DNA of 64,000 nt, taken from Dehalococcoidia bacterium (GTDB lineage Bacteria; Chloroflexota; Dehalococcoidia; Lucifugimonadales; Australimonadaceae). Both the position numbers and the translations under genes were made by a program. The stretch lies in assembly GCA_022449765.1 (NCBI GenBank), contig JAKUPZ010000003.1, positions 10,675 to 74,674 of the forward strand, read 5' to 3'. Shown here in pieces: positions 11,361-21,456 of the stretch. Under the pieces are notes generated by a model. It ran no database searches. It was not told where the DNA came from and saw only the letters and a program-made list of their open reading frames with translations. Each line of letters opens with the position of its first letter. Positions within the stretch are counted from its first letter, which is position 1.

Positions 11361-13247
11361 TCAGTTACTCAACCTAATGAAAAGTATCAACGCACATATT
11401 CCAATTATCATCCCCAAGCCATAGTCCGAAAAAAATCCTGTTACATGCCTTCGTAATCTATGACCTAGCTGAACGGTCACAAGCCCAGGAGTATCAACTC
11501 CTAAATCATTAACAATTTTTCTGTCAAAGTGACCAAGCAGTTCGCTACTGGTGTTTACGATTCTCTTCACAAGCCATTCATATAAATGATCCATATAAAA
11601 GCGATTAATTAAAACCCTATGCAGAGGTTCAAGCTTCATAGACACCGTGTTTAACAATGTATGATCTTGTACATACAAACGATAACCGAGCAAGATGCCA
11701 GAGAATGCCAAAACTACGCTGATCCCCATCCAGACAAAGTTGAACTCAAATGCATGTGGATGCCCAGCCGAATAAACAAACGACCCTATCCCTCCATACC
11801 CATCAAATAAGGGCAATGCCAAAAAGCCCGTACACAAAGTAAGAATTGCAAGAACAGCAATAGGTGCAGACATTACCCTAGGAGCTTCTCTCACATCCTT
11901 ATTGCTCGCCTTTATGTCTCCACCAAATACTAACCATCCAACTCTAAACATATATAACGCACTTATTACTATCGCGATAAGTAATAGAATTAGAAAAATT
12001 GGATTAAGATTCTCTGCAACTGACAATACAATCTCGTCTTTACTCCAAAAAGCATTCAATGGAGGAATTCCTGCTAAGGACAATGCTCCCACCAAAAATG
12101 CCGCAGAGGTAATTGGCATCCGCGATCTCAGCCCACCCATTTTTGTAATGTCGGTTTGGTCATGCATTGCATGCATAATTGAGCCTGCAGTAAGAAAAAG
12201 CATTGCCTTGGCAACCCCATGCATAAGCAAATGAAACACAGCTGCTGTATACCCCCCCGCACCGAGTGCGAGCATCATAAAACCGAGGTGGCTCATTGTA
12301 GAGTACGCCAAAATTCGCTTCAGATCTGTCATAACCAGGGCCATACTAGCCCCGGCCAGAGCAGTAATAATCCCCACTATTGCGATTGCTAATTGAACAC
12401 TCTCAACGGCCTCGAATAAAGGAAATAGCCTTGCAACAAGAAACACACCTGCAGTTACCATGGTCGCTGCGTGTATCAAGGCGCTTACAGGAGTCGGACC
12501 TTCCATCGCATCTGGAAGCCACACATGCAATGGAAATTGAGCTGATTTCCCCATAGCCCCAAAAAATATTAAAAACGCACTTACAGTCGTAATAGACTGA
12601 TCAGTCTCAGCTGCCGTAACACTGTTTAATATTGTAATGATGTCAAATGACCCAACTTCGACTACCAAAAGAACAATACCTATCAATAAGCCCACATCAC
12701 CTACGCGCGTTGTGATAAATGCTTTTTTTGCAGCTTGTGATGCGGAAGTTCGTTCGTACCAAAATCCAATGAGAAGGTAGGAACATAGGCCAACCAATTC
12801 CCACCCTACGTAGAGAAGCAATAAATTATCCGCTAGCACCAAAGTCAACATACTCGCTGCAAAAAGAGAGTGTGCAGCGAAATACCAACCTATTCGAGGA
12901 TCATCTCTCTCCGTGCCTCCTACATGCCGGCGCATATATCCCAGCGAATACAGCTGTACTACTAATGAAATAAAAGTAACGAGTACTAGCATCACAACTG
13001 TCAGAGGGTCAATAATAATCCCCCATCCAACAGCGATAGAACCTGCACTAAACCATTCTCTGGGATAGTGGTATAAAGCTGGGCCTTGATCAATTAAATC
13101 CAACAAGACCACCCAAGCACCAAGGAAAGCTAATAATGCTGCAACTACAGCAATATATTTTCCTTGCCAGGGTAAGTAATTGCGAAAAAGAGCAAGCGCA
13201 AAGAAAGCGCTAATTCCAAATATTGGTATGACCCAGGCTAGCTCCAC
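11361..13247 (-). CDS. nuoL: NADH-quinone oxidoreductase subunit L
   Basis: 628 aa, WLPDAMEGPTPVSALIHAATMV motif and a long C-terminal helix region. GTG start at 13247. Confidence 0.9.
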   Translation of the reverse strand: MELAWVIPIFGISAFFALALFRNYLPWQGKYIAVVAALLAFLGAWVVLLDLIDQGPALYHYPREWFSAGSIAVGWGIIIDPLTVVMLVLVTFISLVVQLYSLGYMRRHVGGTERDDPRIGWYFAAHSLFAASMLTLVLADNLLLLYVGWELVGLCSYLLIGFWYERTSASQAAKKAFITTRVGDVGLLIGIVLLVVEVGSFDIITILNSVTAAETDQSITTVSAFLIFFGAMGKSAQFPLHVWLPDAMEGPTPVSALIHAATMVTAGVFLVARLFPLFEAVESVQLAIAIVGIITALAGASMALVMTDLKRILAYSTMSHLGFMMLALGAGGYTAAVFHLLMHGVAKAMLFLTAGSIMHAMHDQTDITKMGGLRSRMPITSAAFLVGALSLAGIPPLNAFWSKDEIVLSVAENLNPIFLILLLIAIVISALYMFRVGWLVFGGDIKASNKDVREAPRVMSAPIAVLAILTLCTGFLALPLFDGYGGIGSFVYSAGHPHAFEFNFVWMGISVVLAFSGILLGYRLYVQDHTLLNTVSMKLEPLHRVLINRFYMDHLYEWLVKRIVNTSSELLGHFDRKIVNDLGVDTPGLVTVQLGHRLRRHVTGFFSDYGLGMIIGICALILFIRLSN

Positions 13248-13248
13248 G

Positions 13249-13554
13249 TTATCCCTTCATCTCTGTAATTTCATCGGTGTTTACAGAATCACGCCTTCGA
13301 TAGAGTCGCATAACTATAGCGAGGGCAAGACCCACCTCGGCAGCGGCAATTGTAATAACAAAAATAGCAATTACTTGACCGGTCGCAACGCTCGCTTTGC
13401 CATACGATGCAACCGCTATTACGTATACATTGACCGCATTAAGCATCAGCTCTATGGCCATTAATACAAGAACGCTACTGCGCCTAGCCAACACCCCATA
13501 CAATCCAACGCAAAATAAGAGTGCACTGAGCAACTGGAAATGAAGTAATGTCAC
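13249..13554 (-). CDS. nuoK: NADH-quinone oxidoreductase subunit K
   Basis: 101-aa three-TM protein with the conserved AAAEVGLALAI segment. GTG start overlaps the nuoJ stop (GTGA). Confidence 0.88.
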   Translation of the reverse strand: MTLLHFQLLSALLFCVGLYGVLARRSSVLVLMAIELMLNAVNVYVIAVASYGKASVATGQVIAIFVITIAAAEVGLALAIVMRLYRRRDSVNTDEITEMKG

Positions 13555-14180
13555 TCTACACCTCTACGTCTCTGCCTCTTAGATCTTGAGGATTTTGAAG
13601 CACCAGAACCACCCGATTCATTAGATTTCGGTAATTTCTTTCCTATAAAAGGTATTTGCAGTAGAGGTTCTATATCCGGAAAAGTTTCATCTTCCTCTTT
13701 ATCTGTCCGCCCAATAACGATCGCTCCCACCAAGGCAATCAGCAAGACAATAGAGGCTATCTCAAAAGGAATCACCCAATCGACAAAAAGAGTTTCTGCC
13801 AGCTTATCTAAGCTAATTGATTGCAAGTTTTCACTTTGAAATTTCTCTGCATCCGTTACAAACGCAAACGCCATAAACAAGAAAAGAATTAATGCGGCTG
13901 CAAGTGCAAATGGGCGCCTACGATTGTCTGACTGGTTCTCAAACTCCTCATTCTTCGTAAGCATTAGAGCAAATAAAATTACGATAGTTACGGCACCGCC
14001 GTAAATCAATATTTGAACCAGTGCGAGGAATTCCGCATATAGCAACACAAAAAGGCCTGCAACTCCTGCCAATGAAAGTAAAAGGAAAAGAGCAGCATGT
14101 ACCACATTCCTGGCACTTACTACTCCTATAGCTGAAAACAGCGTAACTGCCGCAGCCAAATAAAAAGCCAATTGCGTCAC
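13551..14180 (-). CDS. nuoJ: NADH-quinone oxidoreductase subunit J
   Basis: Membrane subunit in the expected operon position with the YAEFLALVQILIYGGA motif; basic C-terminal tail. GTG start. Confidence 0.8.
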   Translation of the reverse strand: MTQLAFYLAAAVTLFSAIGVVSARNVVHAALFLLLSLAGVAGLFVLLYAEFLALVQILIYGGAVTIVILFALMLTKNEEFENQSDNRRRPFALAAALILFLFMAFAFVTDAEKFQSENLQSISLDKLAETLFVDWVIPFEIASIVLLIALVGAIVIGRTDKEEDETFPDIEPLLQIPFIGKKLPKSNESGGSGASKSSRSKRQRRRGVE

Positions 14181-14747
14181 TTAGTTCTCATCCTCCGCTG
14201 GTTTTTCTGGATTAGCTTTTACCAACGTCATGGGTGCAGAACTAGTAGCTTTTTTCTTCAACGCAACTCCTGCAACATTTTTTTCAGGGTTCGCAGGGGA
14301 CCAGTTGCTCGCATCCATATATCTACGTCCTTGCACTAATAAGGTTTCAAGGTTAGCCCGAGCACCGGCTCGCGCAAAGCTAGCCAATTCATGCTCGTAT
14401 GACATTTCGATAGCATCAAAAGAGCACACATCTACACAAATACCACAAAGAATGCATCGATTTAAATTAATCTCAAATTCTTGAATTATTTTTCTTCTGT
14501 GACTAGTTCCTTCAGCGTATTGGGGGTTGTCATACATCACTGCTTTCATGCATTGAGTAGGACATTCACGGACGCATACCATACAGCCTGTACAGAATGG
14601 CTCTTCTGCCGTTTGGTCTGTTAATAATGCGGGAAAACCCATATACCTAGGTTGAATCTGCAAATGCTCTTCAGGGTAATGTGCTGTCACAGGCCGTTTA
14701 AATAACCAGCCCAAAGTAGTTAGAAGGCCTTTTACACTAGCTATCAT
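14181..14747 (-). CDS. nuoI: NADH-quinone oxidoreductase subunit I (2x[4Fe-4S] ferredoxin-like)
   Basis: Cys motifs CTGCMVCVRECP and CILCGICVDVC. I moved the start to ATG 14747 (MIASVKGLL) because it is preceded by AAGGAG at a 7-nt spacing; the listed ORF extends to 14813. Confidence 0.88.
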   Translation of the reverse strand: MIASVKGLLTTLGWLFKRPVTAHYPEEHLQIQPRYMGFPALLTDQTAEEPFCTGCMVCVRECPTQCMKAVMYDNPQYAEGTSHRRKIIQEFEINLNRCILCGICVDVCSFDAIEMSYEHELASFARAGARANLETLLVQGRRYMDASNWSPANPEKNVAGVALKKKATSSAPMTLVKANPEKPAEDEN

Positions 14748-15990
14748 TCGATGGCTCCTTGATTCTCTGAACAGCATTAACCTGAACTGCTCGCTCAGCA
14801 TACCTCCGTGCAATAGCGAGTGTGCCCTTGCGCTGGAAGCGTATTTGAATAATTGCAGGTATCGCTATTAGCACCAATGACATCACTGTCAATGTCCACA
14901 CTGGCCATCCATAAAAAATTTGCACCGCAGTGGCGAAAATACTTGCAAAGGCGAGAGGAATTAAAACTTTCCAACCAAAGCTCATTAATTGATCAATTCG
15001 AAGCCGTGGATATGTAGCCCTAATCCAAAAGATTATTGATGCAAGAAAATATGTCTTCGCTACAAACACTAGAAGAGCCAAGATCATTGGCAGGTCTGAA
15101 AATGGCCAATTCCAGCCGCCAAGGAACAATAATGCTCCAAGCGCTGCTATCACAAAAGTATTCACGTATTCTGCGAGGAAGAAAATAGCCCAATGCGCTC
15201 CGCTATATTCCACAAAAGGACCACCCACTACTTCTGATTCAGCAAAGTAAATGTCAAATGGCGTTCGCCCAACTTCAGCCAAACCTGCTATCAAAAACAC
15301 CAAAAAAGCTAAGGGCTGAATCACAATATAAGGCACTTTTGCTTGAGCATCCACTACCGCCAAAAAATTCATTGAATCCGTCATCATCACCACCACAATA
15401 ACTGCCATAATGATCGGAATCTCGTAGCTAACTAGCTGAGCTGCAGATCTAAACCCACCCAAAATTGCATATTTACTATTCGAGCTCCACCCCGCTAAAA
15501 CCAAGCCCACAATACTTAACACTGAAATCGCAATAAAGAAAAACAAACCTAAGTCCAAACTCCTAACAACCAATCCAGGAGAAAGTGGAATAGTAATCCA
15601 TACAACGAAGCTCGGGACAAAAACTAGCAAAGGTGCAACATTAAACAAAATTTTTGAAGATTTATCTGGAGCAACATCTTCCTTTGTTACAAGTTTGATT
15701 CCATCAGCTACGACTTGCAAAAGGCCCAATGGCCCTACACGAGTCGGGCCAACTCTCCCTTGCAAGTGCCCTAATTCTTTCCTTTCAAGCCAAACTAATG
15801 AAATCCCAAATATTGTAACCATAGTTAAGAGAGCAAATAGCGCAATTACAATTTTCAGGATTAAAAATACCGTTAATTGACTAGAGGGATCACCTAACAG
15901 GTTAACGCTTATTACAAAAGCGGAGATGATCGCCAAGAACCCACCTAATATAATTGCGAAAAGCAATAATTGAGCAGGCAAACTCCTCAT
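14737..15990 (-). CDS. nuoH: NADH-quinone oxidoreductase subunit H
   Basis: Motif ERKELGHLQGRVGPTRVGPLGLLQ. Start moved to ATG 15990 (MRSLPAQ), which overlaps the nuoD stop as ATGA; the listed ORF start 16092 would overlap nuoD by 106 nt. Confidence 0.88.
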   Translation of the reverse strand: MRSLPAQLLLFAIILGGFLAIISAFVISVNLLGDPSSQLTVFLILKIVIALFALLTMVTIFGISLVWLERKELGHLQGRVGPTRVGPLGLLQVVADGIKLVTKEDVAPDKSSKILFNVAPLLVFVPSFVVWITIPLSPGLVVRSLDLGLFFFIAISVLSIVGLVLAGWSSNSKYAILGGFRSAAQLVSYEIPIIMAVIVVVMMTDSMNFLAVVDAQAKVPYIVIQPLAFLVFLIAGLAEVGRTPFDIYFAESEVVGGPFVEYSGAHWAIFFLAEYVNTFVIAALGALLFLGGWNWPFSDLPMILALLVFVAKTYFLASIIFWIRATYPRLRIDQLMSFGWKVLIPLAFASIFATAVQIFYGWPVWTLTVMSLVLIAIPAIIQIRFQRKGTLAIARRYAERAVQVNAVQRIKEPSNDS

Positions 15991-17108
15991 CTGTCTACCT
16001 CGCCTAGAACAATATCTAAGGAACCCAATATAGATACAGCATCTGCAATGTATGCCTCTTTCATCATTGGGCGTAATGCTACCAAGTTGCAAAATGAAGG
16101 AGGTCGCACTTTTACGCGATACGGCTTATCACTGCCGTCACTCACCAAAAACACCCCGATATCCCCTCGAGGATTTTCACCATGAACGTATACTTCACCC
16201 TTTGGAGGACGCACTATCCTACGTATTTCTGCAATTACAGGTCCTTTTTCTATTTGCTCAAGGCATTGGCGTATCATTGCGATTGATTCATTGCATTCCA
16301 GAACTCTCATATAATACCGGTCCCAGCAATCTCCGTTCTCTCCGATAGGAACCTTATAATTCAGGTTCCTATAAATTTCATACGTATCATCTTTCCTTAC
16401 ATCATACGGAACACCACTAGCCCTTAAGCTTGGGCCCGTTAATCCACAGGAAATCGCCATAGCGGCGTCAATTTTTCCGACCCCTTGGGTTCGCGCAAGA
16501 AAAACTTCATTGAAAGTCAGTAGCCTATCTAGCTCTGCCACTCCATGCTCAACTCTATCCAATACCTCGCGTGTGCGCTGCATGAAATCGACAGGAACGT
16601 CCTCTTTCACGCCACCTATTCGAATAAAGTTATGCATCATCCGAGCTCCGGTGACCGACTCGAATAAATTTTCAATCCTTTCACGCTCTCGAAATCCATA
16701 CATTATTGGGGTCATTGCCCCTAAATCGATAGCGTATGTACCTATGAATAATAGATGACTTGCTAGACGATTCAACTCAGCCAAGATTACTCGGATATAT
16801 TGCGCTCGGGCTGGAACATCAACAGCCATTAATGACTCTACCGCCCGACAGAATATTAATTCATTATTTAAATTCGAAACGTAGTCAAGTCGATCAAACA
16901 ACGTTATAACCTGACCGTAATTTTCGTTTTCCGCGAGCTTCTCGGATCCCCTATGTAAATAGCCGATATGGGGAGTTACGTCTATCACTTTCTCTCCATC
17001 CACAGTGAGCATCATCCGGAAAACGCCGTGCGTCGCTGGGTGCTGAGGACCCATATTAAGCATCATATCTATAGTTTCAAATGCTTCTTCCGTAGTCACA
17101 GCTACCAC
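15987..17108 (-). CDS. nuoD: NADH-quinone oxidoreductase subunit D
   Basis: Motifs LNMGPQHPATHGV and RVKVRPPSF...GEVDR at the C-terminus. GTG start overlaps the end of nuoC. Confidence 0.92.
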   Translation of the reverse strand: MVAVTTEEAFETIDMMLNMGPQHPATHGVFRMMLTVDGEKVIDVTPHIGYLHRGSEKLAENENYGQVITLFDRLDYVSNLNNELIFCRAVESLMAVDVPARAQYIRVILAELNRLASHLLFIGTYAIDLGAMTPIMYGFRERERIENLFESVTGARMMHNFIRIGGVKEDVPVDFMQRTREVLDRVEHGVAELDRLLTFNEVFLARTQGVGKIDAAMAISCGLTGPSLRASGVPYDVRKDDTYEIYRNLNYKVPIGENGDCWDRYYMRVLECNESIAMIRQCLEQIEKGPVIAEIRRIVRPPKGEVYVHGENPRGDIGVFLVSDGSDKPYRVKVRPPSFCNLVALRPMMKEAYIADAVSILGSLDIVLGEVDR

Positions 17109-17650
17109 TCCTCATAATCGTGAAGAGGGAAACTCCTTAACCCAGGGTTTCCTTCAAATCCATCAAATAGCAGTAGGGGGGAAAGATCGGAGCTCCCATC
17201 AAATTCGACCCCAAACAAATCCCGTGTTTCACGCTCATACCAATTAGCTGAAATCCACAAATGTTCCAACGTACTAACACGTGGCTTTTCAGCAGGAAGA
17301 TGAATTTTCAGAAGTAATTTTTGGTCGTTCTGAATAGAAAACAGTACGTAATTGATCTCGAGATAGTCCTCGTAATCTACGGCAAAAAGACAATGCAGCA
17401 TATCCATGCCAAGGTCCTTTTTACACATACCTGCAATAGCAGTGAGATCATCTTTCTGGATAAGAACACTAGGCATATCACCACGGCCGCCTGAAGTTAC
17501 TTTATATCCAGCCAAAGCCTTATCCATTATTTTGGAAAACTCCTGCCCTTTTGGATTCAAGCCGTCCACTGCTGTTTCTGAAGGCTTACCAGCAGTAAGA
17601 TCAACTATTGATTCATCAAGCTTTTGGTTATCCGTTGGACGTTCTGTCAT
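17102..17650 (-). CDS. nuoC: NADH-quinone oxidoreductase subunit C
   Basis: [15 protein letters not shown] motif; position between nuoB and nuoD. Confidence 0.88.
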   Translation of the reverse strand: MTERPTDNQKLDESIVDLTAGKPSETAVDGLNPKGQEFSKIMDKALAGYKVTSGGRGDMPSVLIQKDDLTAIAGMCKKDLGMDMLHCLFAVDYEDYLEINYVLFSIQNDQKLLLKIHLPAEKPRVSTLEHLWISANWYERETRDLFGVEFDGSSDLSPLLLFDGFEGNPGLRSFPLHDYEEW

Positions 17651-18332
17651 GCGCCTCGTTCTCTAATTCAGTAGCGGTTTCAAGGTTAATGGGTGCGCTT
17701 CTATACCCATTTTTAGCATCAAATTTAATTTTCTCTTGCAATTTCATAATTCCATCCATCAAAGCTTCTGGCCTTGGGGGGCAGCCCGGTATAAACACGT
17801 CAACCGGTACCAAATGATCTACACCCATAACTACGCTATATGAGCGGTAATATGGTCCCCCGCTAGTAGCGCAAGTACCCATTGCAATAACCCACTTGGG
17901 GTCAGGCATTTGCTCATAAAGAAGCTTTATAGGCTCTGCCATTTTCTTAACTACCGTCCCAGCAACAATCATCACGTCGGATTGCCGAGGCGATGGCCAT
18001 GTGACAACGCCAAACCTATCCAAATCATGATGAGCCATATGAGTAGAAATCATTTCAATTGCACAGCAAGCTAACCCAAAGGTCAATGTCCAAAGTGAAT
18101 TGCTTCTGCCGAGCGCGGCTAATTGATCAACCGTCGAGGTAACCACCCCAGGTGCAGCACTTTTCAATAAATTAGGAGCCGGCGTATTCCCTCGTCCTTC
18201 TGGATTAGATGCATTCTCAGGGCTATCAAAAAACCGGCCTTCACTGTCACGATGCCACGCAGAAGGGCGAAAAATATGAAGCTCGTCTTTGTTGTTACTT
18301 TCTATCGCCAACGTAAAACTCCCTTCCGCCAT
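17628..18332 (-). CDS. nuoB: NADH-quinone oxidoreductase subunit B
   Basis: Motifs [20 protein letters not shown] and IPGCPPRPE (N2 cluster ligands). Long N-terminal extension. ATG 18332 overlaps nuoA by 31 nt, so the true start could be further downstream. Confidence 0.88.
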   Translation of the reverse strand: MAEGSFTLAIESNNKDELHIFRPSAWHRDSEGRFFDSPENASNPEGRGNTPAPNLLKSAAPGVVTSTVDQLAALGRSNSLWTLTFGLACCAIEMISTHMAHHDLDRFGVVTWPSPRQSDVMIVAGTVVKKMAEPIKLLYEQMPDPKWVIAMGTCATSGGPYYRSYSVVMGVDHLVPVDVFIPGCPPRPEALMDGIMKLQEKIKFDAKNGYRSAPINLETATELENEAHDRTSNG

Positions 18333-18676
18333 GCATAAACAACTCCTAAAAGTAAGATCAATATGAAAAGGATCATTTCATAAAACACGTACGAAGGAAT
18401 CCCTTTGTCAGCAAAAACTATAGCCCAAGGGAATAGAAACACGGCCTCTACATCGAAGATCAGAAAAAGGATTCCAAAAATATAGTAGCGAACATTGAAT
18501 TGCGTCCAATTCAATTTTGTGGGAAGAATCCCTGACTCGTATGCTATACCTTTCTTTTCCGAAGGGCGGCGGGGCGAAATTAACACAGACGCAAGCAACA
18601 TAAGTCCCATTGCGCCTAGCCCGACAAGAAAAGCTAATACAACTACTGTCCAGTTAATTACATAACCATCAGACAT
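18302..18676 (-). CDS. nuoA: NADH-quinone oxidoreductase subunit A
   Basis: 124-aa three-TM protein with [12 protein letters not shown] motif; first gene of the array. Confidence 0.88.
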   Translation of the reverse strand: MSDGYVINWTVVVLAFLVGLGAMGLMLLASVLISPRRPSEKKGIAYESGILPTKLNWTQFNVRYYIFGILFLIFDVEAVFLFPWAIVFADKGIPSYVFYEMILFILILLLGVVYAWRKGVLRWR

Positions 18677-18723
18677 GATTTCTGTATTGCACCAAAGCTA
18701 TTTTGCTTCCTCAACTATATCCG

Positions 18724-18759
18724 AATGATAACTAATATTTATAGCTATTAGTTATCATT
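18724..18759. repeat. 14-bp perfect inverted repeat (AATGATAACTAATA / TATTAGTTATCATT) with an 8-nt spacer
   Basis: Checked base by base: 18724-18737 is the exact reverse complement of 18746-18759. It lies 16 nt past the trpB stop and 48-83 nt upstream of the nuoA ATG. No U-tract follows it on the minus strand. Confidence 0.9.
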
Positions 18760-18774
18760 TCAATAAGGTTTAGC

Positions 18775-19962
18775 TTATGATTTAACGTTCATGATCGTAT
18801 CGAGATCTTTATCTCCTCGTCCACTCAAGCAAATCAGCACGTTTTGATCTGATCGAAGACTAGGAGCGAGGGTATTAATTACATACGCAACAGCATGGGA
18901 AGATTCTAAGGCCGGGATTATGCCTTCGTATTTACAAATCAATTTAAACGCCTCTATGGCATCGGTATCCGTAACATTTACGTATTCAGCACGACCCGAA
19001 TCTCGAAGCCACGCATGCTCAGGTCCAACCCCAGGGTAATCAAGGCCTGCAGAAATACTGTGCGTATCCTCTATTTGCCCATCGTCATTCTGAACAATGT
19101 ATGACATTGAGCCATGTAATACACCTAACCTGCCCCCTCCAATTGAAGCGGCATGCATATTGGTATCGACTCCATGTCCTGCAGCTTCAACGCCTATTAA
19201 TCTTACAGACTCATCGGGTATAAATTCGTAAAATTGCCCAATTGAGTTAGAACCTCCACCGACGCACGCAACAACAGCATCTGGAAGCTTGCCTAATGTC
19301 GTCAAAACCTGCGTCCTCGATTCCTTACCAATCACGCGCTGTAAGTCTCTTACCATCATAGGATACGGATGCGGTCCTACAGCGCTCCCAATAATGTAAT
19401 GAGTATCTTCTACGTTAGTTACCCAGTCTCTAATGGTTTCACTTACCGCTTCTTTTAATGTACGTGTTCCTGAGGTTACGGGACGAACTTCTGCACCTAG
19501 CATTTTCATCCTGTATACGTTAGGTGCTTGCCTGCGAATATCCTCTTCTCCCATGTAAACAACGCATTGCAGATCTAGAAGCGCACATACGGTTGCCGTT
19601 GCAACCCCATGCTGTCCGGCACCAGTTTCAGCAACTATACGACTCTTGCCCATGCGCTTTGCAAGTAGACCTTGCCCTAACGCATTATTGATTTTATGAG
19701 CTCCGGTATGCGCAAGGTCCTCTCGCTTTAAATAAATACCCGGGCCCCCTCCCAATGAAGTTAGTCGAACGGCATAGTGCAGAGGAGTTGGACGTCCTAC
19801 GTAATTACAAAGAAGATTGGTCAGTTCAGCTTGAAAATCTTCATCGACTTTGGCTGCAAGCCATGCTTCCGTCAATTCATGAAGCGCAGACATCAAAGTT
19901 TCGGGAACATACTGCCCTCCAAATATACCGAATCGTCCATTGCTATCCGGCAAAACGGTCAT
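18775..19962 (-). CDS. trpB: tryptophan synthase beta chain (TrpB1-type)
   Basis: Motifs HTGAHKINN (PLP lysine) and [13 protein letters not shown] shares one base with the trpF stop (TAATG). Confidence 0.95.
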   Translation of the reverse strand: MTVLPDSNGRFGIFGGQYVPETLMSALHELTEAWLAAKVDEDFQAELTNLLCNYVGRPTPLHYAVRLTSLGGGPGIYLKREDLAHTGAHKINNALGQGLLAKRMGKSRIVAETGAGQHGVATATVCALLDLQCVVYMGEEDIRRQAPNVYRMKMLGAEVRPVTSGTRTLKEAVSETIRDWVTNVEDTHYIIGSAVGPHPYPMMVRDLQRVIGKESRTQVLTTLGKLPDAVVACVGGGSNSIGQFYEFIPDESVRLIGVEAAGHGVDTNMHAASIGGGRLGVLHGSMSYIVQNDDGQIEDTHSISAGLDYPGVGPEHAWLRDSGRAEYVNVTDTDAIEAFKLICKYEGIIPALESSHAVAYVINTLAPSLRSDQNVLICLSGRGDKDLDTIMNVKS

Positions 19963-20660
19963 TACGTTCTCCTAAAAAACCTAAATAGGCTATTACCCTT
20001 CTTCGCAAGGTCCCTGCCTCTTACTACTGCAGCAAAATCTATGATTTTGGCATGATCTTTCTGGCCATCAGTTTCAACTCCGCTGGAAGTATCGACTCCC
20101 CACGGGCGCACTTGATCCAAAGCCTGCCCGATATTGTCTATCGACACCCCCCCTGCAAGAGTCATTTCAAAAGAGTTGGCTAAATCTGCAGCTAGATCCC
20201 AATCAAAGCTTTGGCCAGTACCGCCAAATTCACCTGAAACTTTCGTATCAATTATGATTTTATGTCCAGCAAGCGCATGCCTTTGCTGCATAAGCATAAT
20301 TCTCGGCATTTGAGCAGCTATAGGAACCAAGGGATCCACAGTGATTACTTTATATATAGGAATGCTTATATGAGAGCAGTAGTCCATACTTTCATTCCCA
20401 CAGAGTTGAACAGCGTCAAGCTTAAGCATCTCTATATATTCATTAACTTGTTCAAAGGGCTGGTCTGCAAATAATCCAACAAACTCCGGTAAGTCCTTGG
20501 ACTTGCTTCTGACTTCTTTCAATACTGCCCCAGCCTCCACAACATTTAAGCTACGAGCCACGCCTTCAACAAATACAAGGCCTATTGAGTCAGCGCCTGC
20601 CTCTATAGCAGTTAGGATATGCTCACTCGTTCGAAACCCGCAGATCTTCAAGTGTGTCAC
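19962..20660 (-). CDS. trpF: phosphoribosylanthranilate isomerase
   Basis: Sequence LKICGF...GADSIGLVF is typical of PRAI, and the operon position fits. GTG start lies 1 nt after the trpC stop. Confidence 0.88.
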   Translation of the reverse strand: MTHLKICGFRTSEHILTAIEAGADSIGLVFVEGVARSLNVVEAGAVLKEVRSKSKDLPEFVGLFADQPFEQVNEYIEMLKLDAVQLCGNESMDYCSHISIPIYKVITVDPLVPIAAQMPRIMLMQQRHALAGHKIIIDTKVSGEFGGTGQSFDWDLAADLANSFEMTLAGGVSIDNIGQALDQVRPWGVDTSSGVETDGQKDHAKIIDFAAVVRGRDLAKKGNSLFRFFRRT

Positions 20661-20661
20661 T

Positions 20662-21456
20662 TTACACTCCTGACAATTCTTGAACCTTCAAAGCTATATT
20701 ATCCGCCTTCATTAATGCCTCGCCAACAAGAATTGCATTAATCCCTTGTTTCTTTAAGGGGCTTACGTCAGCAGAGGAATTAATTCCACTTTCAGCAATA
20801 ATTATTTTCCCTGCGGGAATATAAGGTCGTAATTCTATTGCGAGGTTAGTATTAACCTCAAATGTTTTGAGATCCCTATTGTTAATTCCAATTATTTCTG
20901 CCCCATATTTTAATGCAATCTCTAATTCCGCATAATTATGTACTTCTACCACGCACTGTAACCAAATACTTTTTGCAACCGAAAGCATTTCGCCCAATAA
21001 AGTTTCATCAAGTGCGGCAACGATCAATAATGCCGCGTCGGCTCCATTTGCTCGTGCTTCAAACAGCTGATATGGGTCCAGTAAAAAATCTTTCCTTAGT
21101 ATCGGAGTTCTATGCTTCTCTGTACTTGCCTTTACCTGCCTCAAGTGGGCGAGACTCCCTTGGAAAAAGTCAGTTTCAGTCAGAACTGAAACTGCAGCCG
21201 CTCCATTTTCGCAATACGTTGAGGCTAACAACGCAGGATCATATTTTGTTGCAAGCAAACCTTTAGACGGTGAAGCCTTTTTAACTTCCGCAATAAGCCT
21301 CACTTTTTCACCCATTAACGCTCCACTTAAATTAAAAGGAAAAGGCGTTGTCTTAACTTGTGCCTCAAGTTCCGTCAATGGAATTGTCTCTTGATGACTT
21401 ACAATTTCTTTCCGCTTAGAAGAAAGAATTTTTTGCAGGAAAGTATCTTCAGCCAT
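20662..21456 (-). CDS. trpC: indole-3-glycerol-phosphate synthase
   Basis: Motifs IAEVKKASPSKG and LRKDF. Start moved to ATG 21456 (MAEDTFLQKIL), which overlaps the trpD stop as ATGGCTGA; the listed ORF starts at 21495. Confidence 0.9.
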   Translation of the reverse strand: MAEDTFLQKILSSKRKEIVSHQETIPLTELEAQVKTTPFPFNLSGALMGEKVRLIAEVKKASPSKGLLATKYDPALLASTYCENGAAAVSVLTETDFFQGSLAHLRQVKASTEKHRTPILRKDFLLDPYQLFEARANGADAALLIVAALDETLLGEMLSVAKSIWLQCVVEVHNYAELEIALKYGAEIIGINNRDLKTFEVNTNLAIELRPYIPAGKIIIAESGINSSADVSPLKKQGINAILVGEALMKADNIALKVQELSGV

